Below, piece by piece: positions 1 through 8,236 of a DNA stretch of 64,000 nucleotides; within the stretch, counting starts at the first letter, position 1; each line of letters begins with the position of its first letter. This stretch comes from an uncultured virus (IMG/VR IMGVR_UViG_3300005663_000039) (Duplodnaviria > Heunggongvirae > Uroviricota > Caudoviricetes): the IMG/VR virus record IMGVR_UViG_3300005663_000039; one strand, 5' to 3'. Made by a program: the position numbers and the translations under genes. Below the pieces are notes generated by a model. That model worked only from the letters and a program-made list of their open reading frames with translations, was not told the origin of the DNA and did not search any database.

Positions 1-885
1 CGTCGTGGTCGAATCCGTGATGGTGGTGCCGTCCGTGAGGCCGGACTCACCTTGGAGCAGGCCCCAGACGCGCTTGCCAGACGTGGACTCGCCCACACCC
101 GTGGTGAGGATGGGATCGCCTGACGAGGCATCCACGATCTCCACCATGTTCTTGGGTGACAGGGCGTGCAAGCCCGCGACCTCGTCGAGGCCCGCCGTGA
201 GGAAGCTTGCAGCCGGATCGACCACCGTTCCCAGCGTGGTCACGGCAGCAACCGCAGCCGTGGTGTTCGTGGGCAGCTCACCCGCCCCGAGCACCTCCAC
301 GTCACCACCAGCACCACCAGCCATCGTCGCCGCAGCCCATGTGGCGTTGGCGGCGGACGCCGTCGTGGCGACGAGGTTGGCGGCGGTTCCCTCGGCCCTC
401 GCCGTGATCACGTAGAGCCCACCCGCGACGATGACCCCGGTCGCCGAGATCACGTCGTAGGGGTCGGTGCCACGAGTAAAGACAATGGCTCCGTTCGACT
501 TAGCGAACACAGACCATATCCGAGGTGGCGTCGAAGCCACGCTTGATCCGATGATCGGGAGATGGTTGGTCAGGCTGATCGCGTGGACGACCGCGAAGAA
601 GGTGACGTTGCTGTTGATGAAGGGCGCGGCGTCAAAGCTGAACCGGTCCTGACGAGCGGGCGTGCTGCCCGTGCCTCGGCACCGGACCTGGGGCAACGTG
701 CCGCGGACGCCGAACTCCTCGAACCGTCGCGTGCCCCCGGCGCCGGTGCCGTCGAACGGCCCGCCGAGCTTTCCCGCCGTGTCGGGCCACGTGACCGTCT
801 GGTCCCAGTCGTCCTCGGGCACGCCGGCGACGCTGCGGGCGTCGAACTCGACCTCCGGGCTGGCGATGCTGGGCTTGAGGGTCAT
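1..885 (-). CDS. Tail-associated LamG/concanavalin-A-like protein (3' end runs off window)
   Basis: Manually translated open frame from ATG at 885, overlapping the TMP stop: MTLKPSIASPEVEFDARSVAG...NVTFFAVVHAISLTNHLPIIGS...DVISATGVIVAGGLYVITARAE. Not in the ORF track because it has no stop in the window. Lies directly downstream of the TMP. Confidence 0.65.
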   Translation of the reverse strand, partial: MTLKPSIASPEVEFDARSVAGVPEDDWDQTVTWPDTAGKLGGPFDGTGAGGTRRFEEFGVRGTLPQVRCRGTGSTPARQDRFSFDAAPFINSNVTFFAVVHAISLTNHLPIIGSSVASTPPRIWSVFAKSNGAIVFTRGTDPYDVISATGVIVAGGLYVITARAEGTAANLVATTASAANATWAAATMAGGAGGDVEVLGAGELPTNTTAAVAAVTTLGTVVDPAASFLTAGLDEVAGLHALSPKNMVEIVDASSGDPILTTGVGESTSGKRVWGLLQGESGLTDGTTITDSTTT

Positions 886-3200
886 CCCGTCTCGCCCTGG
901 AACGCGCCGGCCAGCTGGGCGCTGCGCTGGGCGCCCTCGGCGACCAGGCCCGTGATGACGCCGGCCTGCTCCTGGATGAACCGCTCCCCTGACCGCCCGT
1001 CGATCAGGCTCGGCGAGAAGATGATCGTCTGCTGCACGATGACCGCGGCCCCGCCGCCTAGCTGACTGTTCGGCGTGATGTTGCCCGAGGTGCCGGGCGT
1101 GAACAGCTCCGGTCCGCGCTCGCCGACCAAGAACGAGCTGCCCGCCGATACCGAGCCACCGTGGGCTCGCGACGCAGACGGCCCAATCTGACCCAGAAGC
1201 GCGCCCACGAGCGGCTCGACGATGGTCTTCTGGATGATGATCCGCTGGATCTGCTTCAGGATCTCGGTCACCATGGTGCCAAAGGCCTCGGCGACGCTGG
1301 ACGTCCCGCTGATCACGTCCTCGAACGCGGTCGCGATCGTGTCGGCGAACTGCTGGGCGATCGCCATGGCCTCCTGCATCTCAGCGTTCAGCTTGGCCAG
1401 CTCCTCACGCTCTGCCCTTCGCTGGGCTGTCGCGGCCGCCCGCTCCCGTTCCTTCTTCAGGGTTGCGAGGCGACGCGTCTCGTCCCGGGCCGACTTGTCC
1501 TTCTCGCGGGCCGCGTCCTTCACCGCGTCGGCCAGAGCGTTCTGAGCCCTGATCTCCTCCAGGAGCTCTGCCACGGCCTCGCGCGTCGTGTCCGTGGCCC
1601 GCAGGTCTACCAGCTCCTTGTCGATGATCGCGGCCCGGGTCATCGTCAGCCCGTCCAGCTCATCCTGAAGCGCGTTCACGATCGACTCGATGCCCTCCAG
1701 CTCGTCCTCCGTCGCGAGCCGCGCCAACGCCTTCTCCTCCACCTCGTTCTTGAGCGCCTCGGCGGCTGCGTCGCGGGCGGCGATCTGCTCCCGGATCTCG
1801 TCGTTCACCAGCCGCAACCGCTCACGCTCTCGCTCCAGCTGGCCGATGGCCTGCTCCCGCTGATCAGCGGTCAGCTTCCCAGAGGCGAGCGCCTCCTGCA
1901 GCTGACGGATGTTGAACACGGCCAGGCCCTGGAGCGACTCCAGGTTGAGGTCGCTCATACCCTCCAGCGCCTCCGCAAACTCCGACACGGCCTGGGTGCC
2001 CGGCTCGATCTCTACGGGTACCGAGGCCGCCAGCGCGAGGAACTCCTTCACCTCCTCGCCAGCCTTGCCGACCGCCCCGAAGATCAGGCCCCAGCCGTCG
2101 GCCGACTTCTCCAGGAACCCGACCAGGCTGGTCAGCGTGTTGAGCAGCAAGATCAGCGGGGGCAGGAAGAGGTCGCCGATCGTGATCGCGGCCGTCTTCG
2201 CCTGGGCCGAGAACCGGTCGAACGCCGCGTCGGCCGTCTGACCCCAGGTCTCGAAGGCCACCTCCGTTTCTCCCAAGGAGTTTTCGATCGAGATCAGGTC
2301 GGAGGCGAAGCTGTCCGCCTGCAGGCCGGCGGTGTTCAGGAACCCGATGAGGGCTCGCGTGTTGGGGATCACCCGGCCCATCGCGTCGATGTTGCCCTCA
2401 AAGCCGGCCTTCATCTGGGCTAGGGCGGCAGGCAGCCCGTCCTCGGCGAGAGTCGCCCGTACGTCCTCGATCGAGATGCCGAACTCCGCCATCGCCTTGC
2501 GAGCGTCCTTGGGCGGCTTGATCAGGAGGTTGAAGACGTTGAGCAGCCCGGTGGCCGCCTCCTCGGTGGAGCCGCCCAGGCGGGTGAACGTGGCCATGAA
2601 CGCGCCGATGTTCTCCACGTTGGTACCCAGCGCCTTGGCCGGACCCAGGACCCGTGAGAACGCGGTGGCCAGGCCGCTGGCCTCCAGGTTGCCCAGCCGC
2701 ACCGTGGCGGTCATGATGTCGATCGCCTTCTCGGCCGTGAGCCCCTCGGACCCGAAGGCCTGGAGCATCGCGGTGGCCGTGCGACCGATCGCCGTCATGT
2801 CGCCCAGGCCGATGGCGCTCGCCTTGGCCGCCTGCTCCAGCAGGTCCAGCGCCTCCTGCCCTCGCGCGCCGCCCGACGTGATGGCGAACATCGCCCGGGC
2901 CAGGTCGGCCGGCGCCTTCCCCGTCTCGACGGCCAGGTCCTTGATCGAGTCGGCCCACGCCTCCACCTGCTCGGACTGGATGCCCACCAGCGTGTTGAGC
3001 TTGATCATCTCGGTCTGGAACTCGCGGGCCGCGCTGATCGCGACGCCCAGGCCGGCCGCCCCCGCGAAGACGCCGATCGCCGCGGCGCCCAGGCCCGCCG
3101 CCCCCGTGAACGCGCTGAGCCCGCGGGTGGCTCCGCCCATCGCGCCGACGAACGCGCTGGTGTCCGCGCCTACCTGTGCCCCGATCGGAAAGGTGGCCAT
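882..3200 (-). CDS. Tail tape measure protein
   Basis: 772 aa, Ala-rich helical protein with TP901-like core (LLEQAAKASAIG, IDIMTATVRLG), coiled coil and C-terminal VGERGPELFTP motif; follows tail chaperone genes. Confidence 0.93.
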   Translation of the reverse strand: MATFPIGAQVGADTSAFVGAMGGATRGLSAFTGAAGLGAAAIGVFAGAAGLGVAISAAREFQTEMIKLNTLVGIQSEQVEAWADSIKDLAVETGKAPADLARAMFAITSGGARGQEALDLLEQAAKASAIGLGDMTAIGRTATAMLQAFGSEGLTAEKAIDIMTATVRLGNLEASGLATAFSRVLGPAKALGTNVENIGAFMATFTRLGGSTEEAATGLLNVFNLLIKPPKDARKAMAEFGISIEDVRATLAEDGLPAALAQMKAGFEGNIDAMGRVIPNTRALIGFLNTAGLQADSFASDLISIENSLGETEVAFETWGQTADAAFDRFSAQAKTAAITIGDLFLPPLILLLNTLTSLVGFLEKSADGWGLIFGAVGKAGEEVKEFLALAASVPVEIEPGTQAVSEFAEALEGMSDLNLESLQGLAVFNIRQLQEALASGKLTADQREQAIGQLERERERLRLVNDEIREQIAARDAAAEALKNEVEEKALARLATEDELEGIESIVNALQDELDGLTMTRAAIIDKELVDLRATDTTREAVAELLEEIRAQNALADAVKDAAREKDKSARDETRRLATLKKERERAAATAQRRAEREELAKLNAEMQEAMAIAQQFADTIATAFEDVISGTSSVAEAFGTMVTEILKQIQRIIIQKTIVEPLVGALLGQIGPSASRAHGGSVSAGSSFLVGERGPELFTPGTSGNITPNSQLGGGAAVIVQQTIIFSPSLIDGRSGERFIQEQAGVITGLVAEGAQRSAQLAGAFQGETG

Positions 3201-3428
3201 CTATCTCGTCTCTAGCTCCTCAGCCAGCCTGTTCAGCTCCGCCTCCTCCGCGCTGGTCACGCCGTCCGCCACGAGTCCTAGGATCCGGCGTCCCTCCGAG
3301 AGGCTCGCGATCTCGAAGAACGTCACCTGGTACAGGTTGCCGGGCCCGGTGTACCGGTAGCCTAGGTCGTGGAGGTACGCTTCGAGTGCGGCGATCTCCT
3401 CTTCGACCGGCCGCCCCCGGTAGGGCCC
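3201..3428 (-). CDS. Tail assembly chaperone -1 frameshift extension (gpGT-like C-terminal part)
   Basis: Open -1 frame with no suitable upstream start (GPYRGRPVEEEIAALEAYLHDLGY...ELETR*), bounded 5' by TAA and ending immediately before the TMP ATG. Confidence 0.75.
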   Translation of the reverse strand, partial: GPYRGRPVEEEIAALEAYLHDLGYRYTGPGNLYQVTFFEIASLSEGRRILGLVADGVTSAEEAELNRLAEELETR

Positions 3429-3781
3429 TTCTTACCGTCTCCCCTCTTCTGCCTCATCGGCCCGCCGTGCTGGACCGCCGAGATGAGGATCATGTCCAGG
3501 TCCCACATCGTCATCCGCTCCTCCAGCTCCTCCGCGGTGAGGGCCCCGAAGTCCGGCTCCACCACGTGACGACGCACGTACTCGATCTTGTCCTCGATGC
3601 TCCACTTGATCACGTCCGCGTTGGGGTCTGTCAGCCCCTTCAGCGAGCCCACCGTCGTGGGCAGGATCTTGATGAGCAGGGGCTCGTTCTCCTCCCTGAT
3701 CCCCGTGACCTTTACCTCGTACGGCTCTACGTTTCCCTCTCCGTCACGCTTGACGAGGAAGGAGGTGATGTCGTCGGCCAT
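3362..3781 (-). CDS. Tail assembly chaperone (gpG-like)
   Basis: Between tail tube and TMP; GAGGAG RBS 5 nt before ATG at 3781. Confidence 0.75.
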   Translation of the reverse strand: MADDITSFLVKRDGEGNVEPYEVKVTGIREENEPLLIKILPTTVGSLKGLTDPNADVIKWSIEDKIEYVRRHVVEPDFGALTAEELEERMTMWDLDMILISAVQHGGPMRQKRGDGKKGPTGGGRSKRRSPHSKRTSTT

Positions 3782-3814
3782 GATCACTCCTCAGTGACAG
3801 CTGGGCTGGTTCTC

Positions 3815-5047
3815 TTACAGCCCGTCGGTGATGGCGATGGTCTTCGCCGTGAACTCGTTGTCCCGCTGCATCGTGGCCTCGCCCTTGGCGTACGACCGCT
3901 CGCCCGGCGAGGTGAGCGCCGCCGCCCCGAGGGTGACCTCTCTGGCCGTCGCGCCCCCGGTGAAGGTCCAGACCATGTCCGCCTCGGTGGCCTGGAGGTG
4001 AGCCACGATGTCGTCGTGCGACGCCTGGTCGCTGAAGACGGTGGCGTTGAACTTCAGGTCACGGTTTCCGGGGCTGATGACCATCCTCCGCGTGCCCACC
4101 ACCGCGTCCTGCGCCAGGTTGTTCGTGACCTCGAAGCTGATGCCCATGACGTTGGTCGCGATCGGGCTGACGCCCCTCGCCACGCCGGCGTTCAGCACCG
4201 TCTGGAACGCGAGGCCCAGCGCCGCCTCGAAGCTGCCGGCGCCCAGCAGCGGCAGGCCGAGGTCGCCCTCGATCCCGTTGTTGCTGACCTTGCCCTCGAT
4301 CACCGCGCAGACCAGGCCGCCCGTGGTGAACGTGATCGTGATGTTCCCCTCGGTCTCCGCGTCCAGCGCGATCGCGTCGATGTCCGCGAAGGTCAGGGTC
4401 AGCCCCACCACCGGGGTCGTGCCGTTCAGCGCGATGGTCTCCGTGGTGCCGGCGCCCTCGTTCTCGACCGTCACGCTCTGGGTGGTGTCCAGGGCGCTGT
4501 CGCTGACGATCGTCACGCCGCCCGTGACGGCCGGCTGGTTGATCAGGTGCGACCGCGCCCGCTCGAACTGGTAGGTCAGCTCGACCTTGCTCGGGTCGCC
4601 CGAGTCGGGGTTGCCCGACACGTTGACCACGCTGAGGAACCCGCCGGCCCCATAGGAGTAGATCCGGAAGCCGTTCTCGTCCGTGCCGCCGGTCGCGAAC
4701 GCCTGCCGCGTCAGGACGGAGTGGGTGGACAGGTAGCCGCCCTCGGCGTCGCGGAGCAGGCCGTCCGCGGCCGCGTCCAGCGGCGCCGGCTGCGGGTCGG
4801 CGCCCACCAGCCACCGCTGCATCGAGTAGATGACGCCCATCGCGTGGGCCTCGGGCCCCAGCTCGAACCCCCTCACGTCGGGCGAGCCGATGGCGCGTCG
4901 CTCGAAGACGTTCCCCTCTGGGGCGTAGGTGGCCGCGTCCAGCTCGTCGCTGAACCGCAGCCAGTCTGGGTCTGCGTCCGTCACCCCGGGGATCGTCTCC
5001 CGGATAAAGTTGGCTCGCAGCGCTCGGATCCCCGCTTCATTCGGCAT
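3815..5047 (-). CDS. Major tail (tube) protein
   Basis: 410 aa, acidic, beta-rich; position upstream of chaperone and TMP; C-terminal tube-like segment (FEVTNNL...GNRDLKFNATVF). Confidence 0.75.
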   Translation of the reverse strand: MPNEAGIRALRANFIRETIPGVTDADPDWLRFSDELDAATYAPEGNVFERRAIGSPDVRGFELGPEAHAMGVIYSMQRWLVGADPQPAPLDAAADGLLRDAEGGYLSTHSVLTRQAFATGGTDENGFRIYSYGAGGFLSVVNVSGNPDSGDPSKVELTYQFERARSHLINQPAVTGGVTIVSDSALDTTQSVTVENEGAGTTETIALNGTTPVVGLTLTFADIDAIALDAETEGNITITFTTGGLVCAVIEGKVSNNGIEGDLGLPLLGAGSFEAALGLAFQTVLNAGVARGVSPIATNVMGISFEVTNNLAQDAVVGTRRMVISPGNRDLKFNATVFSDQASHDDIVAHLQATEADMVWTFTGGATAREVTLGAAALTSPGERSYAKGEATMQRDNEFTAKTIAITDGL

Positions 5048-5216
5048 CGGTCGTCTCCTTCTTGCTGGTCTTCACCTTGGTGAAGTTGGGGTTGTTGGCG
5101 ACGAGGTCTCTGCCGTTCACGTCGCTGATGGTACCGACTCCCTTCTCGTCGAACTCCACGCGCTCACCCTGGTGGGTGATGGCCCGCGTGCTCGTGCTCA
5201 CGGCCTTGATCTTCAT
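5037..5216 (-). CDS. Small hypothetical tail-module protein (59 aa)
   Basis: Manual translation MKIKAVSTSTRAITHQGERVEFDEKGVGTISDVNGRDLVANNPNFTKV...; fills the gap and overlaps both neighbours. Confidence 0.65.
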   Translation of the reverse strand: MKIKAVSTSTRAITHQGERVEFDEKGVGTISDVNGRDLVANNPNFTKVKTSKKETTDAE

Positions 5217-5680
5217 GTGGTGCTCCAGTTAAAGCCAACGGTGATGCTCTTCCGAAATACCACCGGCTTGTTGCCGGCCACCGGTGCCACGTCCACGACC
5301 GACAGGACGCTGACGTACTCGAGATTGGTGACGAGCACGACGTTCGCCAGGATGATGCGCCGAACCTCCTCCGCCATCTCACGTACGAGCTTCTTGGGGT
5401 TCGTCCCACCCGCGCCCTCGTCGCGGACAGCCCAGCAGTTCACGGACAACGTGCCATCTGCGATCTGCACCGGGCCGGCGGCCCCGATCGCGCCGTAGCC
5501 CGAGACGCCTTGGTAGACCTCATCCTGGTTGGTGAACGTGATCTGCGGCCGAAGAGACCGAGGGTTCCACCAGCCCGTGTGAAAGTCCGGCGTCATGTCG
5601 CCGACGACGTTCGCGGCCAGCCACTTCGCCTCGATAAGGTCCAGGATCAGGACCTTGGGCTCGTTAACGGGGAGAGGCAT
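5213..5680 (-). CDS. Putative tail terminator/completion protein
   Basis: 155 aa; position upstream of tail tube; size and beta pattern (PQITFT, LSVNCW) typical of this class. Confidence 0.6.
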   Translation of the reverse strand: MPLPVNEPKVLILDLIEAKWLAANVVGDMTPDFHTGWWNPRSLRPQITFTNQDEVYQGVSGYGAIGAAGPVQIADGTLSVNCWAVRDEGAGGTNPKKLVREMAEEVRRIILANVVLVTNLEYVSVLSVVDVAPVAGNKPVVFRKSITVGFNWSTT

Positions 5681-6726
5681 CAGTCCACCTGCCTGGCGCA
5701 GAGGATGCGCTGCGCGCCGACCGGGGTGGCGGCCTCGTGGCCGATCCCGACGACCTGGTATAGCCGCCCAGACGCGTCGGTCAACGTCGGCGCCCTGTCT
5801 GACGTGACGTCCGACAGCGTGAGCGCGACCCCGGCGGAGTTCTTGAGCGGGGCGGGCACAAGCACCTCGATGTCGACGCTCCTCTCCTCGCCGGTCTCGT
5901 CCAGCACGTTTCGGTCCTTCGAGTCGAGCCGTATGCCCCTGATCGTGTCTGGGGTAGCGTCGGCCGTGTACGTCACGTCGCCGTACTCATCGTGACTCGT
6001 GATGGCCGACGCCGCGATCGTGGCGGGGGCGTTGATGGTTACGGTCAACGCGGACGCGAGGTCGGCGAAGCTCGTGGCCCCTACCGCCTGGGCTGCGTAG
6101 TGGGCGTCGTACACGAGGGCGCCGCCGATCCCGTTCCGCACCTGGACCCGGTACACGTCGGCCGTCGTGAAGTTGGCCCCGACGTAGTCGGTGCCCACCC
6201 TGAGCTTCTCGGCGACGTCGTTCACGGCGCCGATCACCCCCGCGGTGGTCACGGTGTCTACCACGACCCAGGTACGCTGGTCGTCGACCGAGGTGTAGAA
6301 CACCACCACGTGGTTCCCCGCCCCGTCGTCGAGGTCAATGGCGGCCCTGAGCCAGATGATGGTCCCGTTCAGGGCGGCGGGAACCTCAACCGTGGACGTT
6401 ATACTATGCTGTACGGCCCCCTCGGCGACGACCATCCGCAGTAGGCCGCTGCTCTCCATCCTGAGGTAGAAGCCCGTGGTGGCCGGCGTCCCCGCGGCCT
6501 TGTGGATGAGGTACTGAAAGACGCCGGCTCGCGAGAAGTCCGCCATCTGCAGCTTGATCCTCAGGTCCAGGTCCCCGACCAGCACGTCAAACGCGAGATC
6601 GTCATCGGTGCTGGAGTTATTGGCCGCGGTCCCGGGGAGTACCATCTTGGAGTTGACGGCCTCGGTAAACCCGGTATACACAAAGTCCTCGCCGTGGCGG
6701 CGAGCCATCCGGGTGAAGGCGCTCAC
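5680..6726 (-). CDS. Putative head-closure protein with inserted LamG-like domain
   Basis: Likely start is GTG at 6726, overlapping the upstream stop. N- and C-terminal parts (HGEDFVYT; DEYGDVTY...YQVVGI) resemble head-closure proteins; a central ~220 aa beta-sandwich lies between them. Confidence 0.6.
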   Translation of the reverse strand: MSAFTRMARRHGEDFVYTGFTEAVNSKMVLPGTAANNSSTDDDLAFDVLVGDLDLRIKLQMADFSRAGVFQYLIHKAAGTPATTGFYLRMESSGLLRMVVAEGAVQHSITSTVEVPAALNGTIIWLRAAIDLDDGAGNHVVVFYTSVDDQRTWVVVDTVTTAGVIGAVNDVAEKLRVGTDYVGANFTTADVYRVQVRNGIGGALVYDAHYAAQAVGATSFADLASALTVTINAPATIAASAITSHDEYGDVTYTADATPDTIRGIRLDSKDRNVLDETGEERSVDIEVLVPAPLKNSAGVALTLSDVTSDRAPTLTDASGRLYQVVGIGHEAATPVGAQRILCARQVD

Positions 6727-7142
6727 TTGATCGTTTGTCCGACGCTGGCCCCGAAGGCCGCGTCCTCCGTGGGCCCGGTGGCGATCGAGCTGCGGTAGTT
6801 GCTGGTGTCGATGATGCCCTGGGCGGTGATCGAGATCTTCACCGTCCGCTCCAGGTCGAAGGCCACCAGCTTGACCAGCCCGCGGGGCGCCTCGATCATC
6901 GCGTTGACGAACTCCTGCTGACGGCGCGCGGGCGCCAGCCCGAACTTCGCGGTCACGGCGTTGATCGACGGCTGCCAGTGGGGCCGCGCCACGATCCGGG
7001 TGGTGCCGAACTCGTGAAACGGGCCGTACGGCACGGCCGAGCCCACCCACCACTCGCCCGGGAACCGGGCCGCGTCGGCCACGTCCTTGAACAGCCTGGC
7101 CAGCGCGCTCACGCCGGTGAGCCTGAGGAAGCCGCCGGCCAT
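6723..7142 (-). CDS. HK97 gp10-like neck/tail completion protein
   Basis: Motifs VGSAVPYGPFHEFGT...ARPHWQP and IIDTSNYRSSI. Confidence 0.7.
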   Translation of the reverse strand: MAGGFLRLTGVSALARLFKDVADAARFPGEWWVGSAVPYGPFHEFGTTRIVARPHWQPSINAVTAKFGLAPARRQQEFVNAMIEAPRGLVKLVAFDLERTVKISITAQGIIDTSNYRSSIATGPTEDAAFGASVGQTIK

Positions 7143-7537
7143 CAGAGGTTCTCCACGTCCCGCTCGTTGGCGACCGATACCTGCCAGCCCACCCGGTTGT
7201 CCTTGCTCAGCTGCTTCAGCCGGCCCGACGGGTCGAGGACCTGGGCCATCTGCCCGTACTTGCTGGAGTCTAGGGCCATGTCCGTCTTGCCCTCGTACTT
7301 GAACCGTACGCCGTCGGCCGACTCGCTCTCGGCGCGGGGGTCGAACAGGGCGAGGAAGTGCGCGGCCAGGTACGTCTCGACCTGGAGGAGGAGGCCGTCG
7401 CTAATCGCCGGGGTGAAGCCCGCGAGGTGCTGGTCGACCAGCGCGCTCGCCGGGATGATGAACGGCAGGACCGCGTCCGCGTCCAGGTCCGTCTCGATGA
7501 TGGCGCACACCTCCGGCGCCGACGTTCTCAGGGCCAT
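7142..7537 (-). CDS. Head-tail adaptor/connector
   Basis: 131 aa; VETYLAAHF, SSKYGQMA..LDPSG pattern; first neck gene after the capsid module. Confidence 0.7.
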   Translation of the reverse strand: MALRTSAPEVCAIIETDLDADAVLPFIIPASALVDQHLAGFTPAISDGLLLQVETYLAAHFLALFDPRAESESADGVRFKYEGKTDMALDSSKYGQMAQVLDPSGRLKQLSKDNRVGWQVSVANERDVENL

Positions 7538-7670
7538 CGCTTGGCCTCCCTCTCAGGTTGTCGTCCCCGCCGCTGTTCGCTCAGCGGCGAGGCGTCCCTC
7601 GTTCGGCCGGGTGGCGGCCTAGGGCATGGCCTTGCTCCCTAGACCACGCACCCAGGCCAAGACGACGCCG

Positions 7671-8141
7671 CTAGGCGACCGCCCCACGCGCTCCCTGGAC
7701 CGCCTGTATCCAGTCTGCCTTGAGCACGTTCCCGCCGCTCCCGGTGCCCTGCACCTCCAGCTCGTACGCCTCAGCCAGGTCCCTCAGCTGCGGGGACGTC
7801 AGGGCGCTCCAGTCGCCGCCCACCGCTTCGAGGGCGGCGTCGACCGCGGCGTCCGCCGCGCGGTGATCATCCTCGCTCCCCTCGTCGTCCTCGGGGTCGC
7901 CGTCACCGTCGTCCTCGGGGTCGTCTATCTCGGCGGGTGCCTCGGGGGTTGACAGGGACTCGAACCGGTCAGGCAGGTTCGCGAGCTGCCCGACCGAGGG
8001 GATGACGTGCGTGCCGGCCGAGAGCGTGACCCGAGCTCCCGCCTCGGGCACGTCGTCACCCTTGAGAAAGTGACGCTTGGGGTCGAAGATCACGCCGTGC
8101 GGTCGGCGTAGCCGGTGCGTCGCCTTGATCGTCTTGGCCAT
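7671..8141 (-). CDS. Acidic-linker protein with C-terminal E3-binding/HeH-like domain
   Basis: C-terminus TSPQLRDLAEAYELEVQGTGSGGNVLKADWIQAV; immediately downstream of the capsid gene. Confidence 0.6.
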   Translation of the reverse strand: MAKTIKATHRLRRPHGVIFDPKRHFLKGDDVPEAGARVTLSAGTHVIPSVGQLANLPDRFESLSTPEAPAEIDDPEDDGDGDPEDDEGSEDDHRAADAAVDAALEAVGGDWSALTSPQLRDLAEAYELEVQGTGSGGNVLKADWIQAVQGARGAVA

Positions 8142-8165
8142 CTTTTGTGCTCCCGTTTAGGAGGA

Positions 8166-8197
8166 CCGGGAGCCGAGCTGAGTCGCTCGGCTCCCGG
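8166..8197 (-). terminator. 13-bp perfect hairpin downstream of major capsid gene
   Basis: CCGGGAGCCGAGC-tgagtc-GCTCGGCTCCCGG; no clear U-tract, so it may instead be an mRNA stabiliser. Confidence 0.5.
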
Positions 8198-8236
8198 GTG
8201 CTCGTCCTGCGTTACCGCTCGTCACCCTCAGCTCGC

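Noticed and set aside
6727..7053. N-terminal extension of the 457-aa ORF in the track
   Set aside because: Overlaps the gp10-like gene and reads as junk; GTG at 6726 coupled to the upstream stop is more plausible
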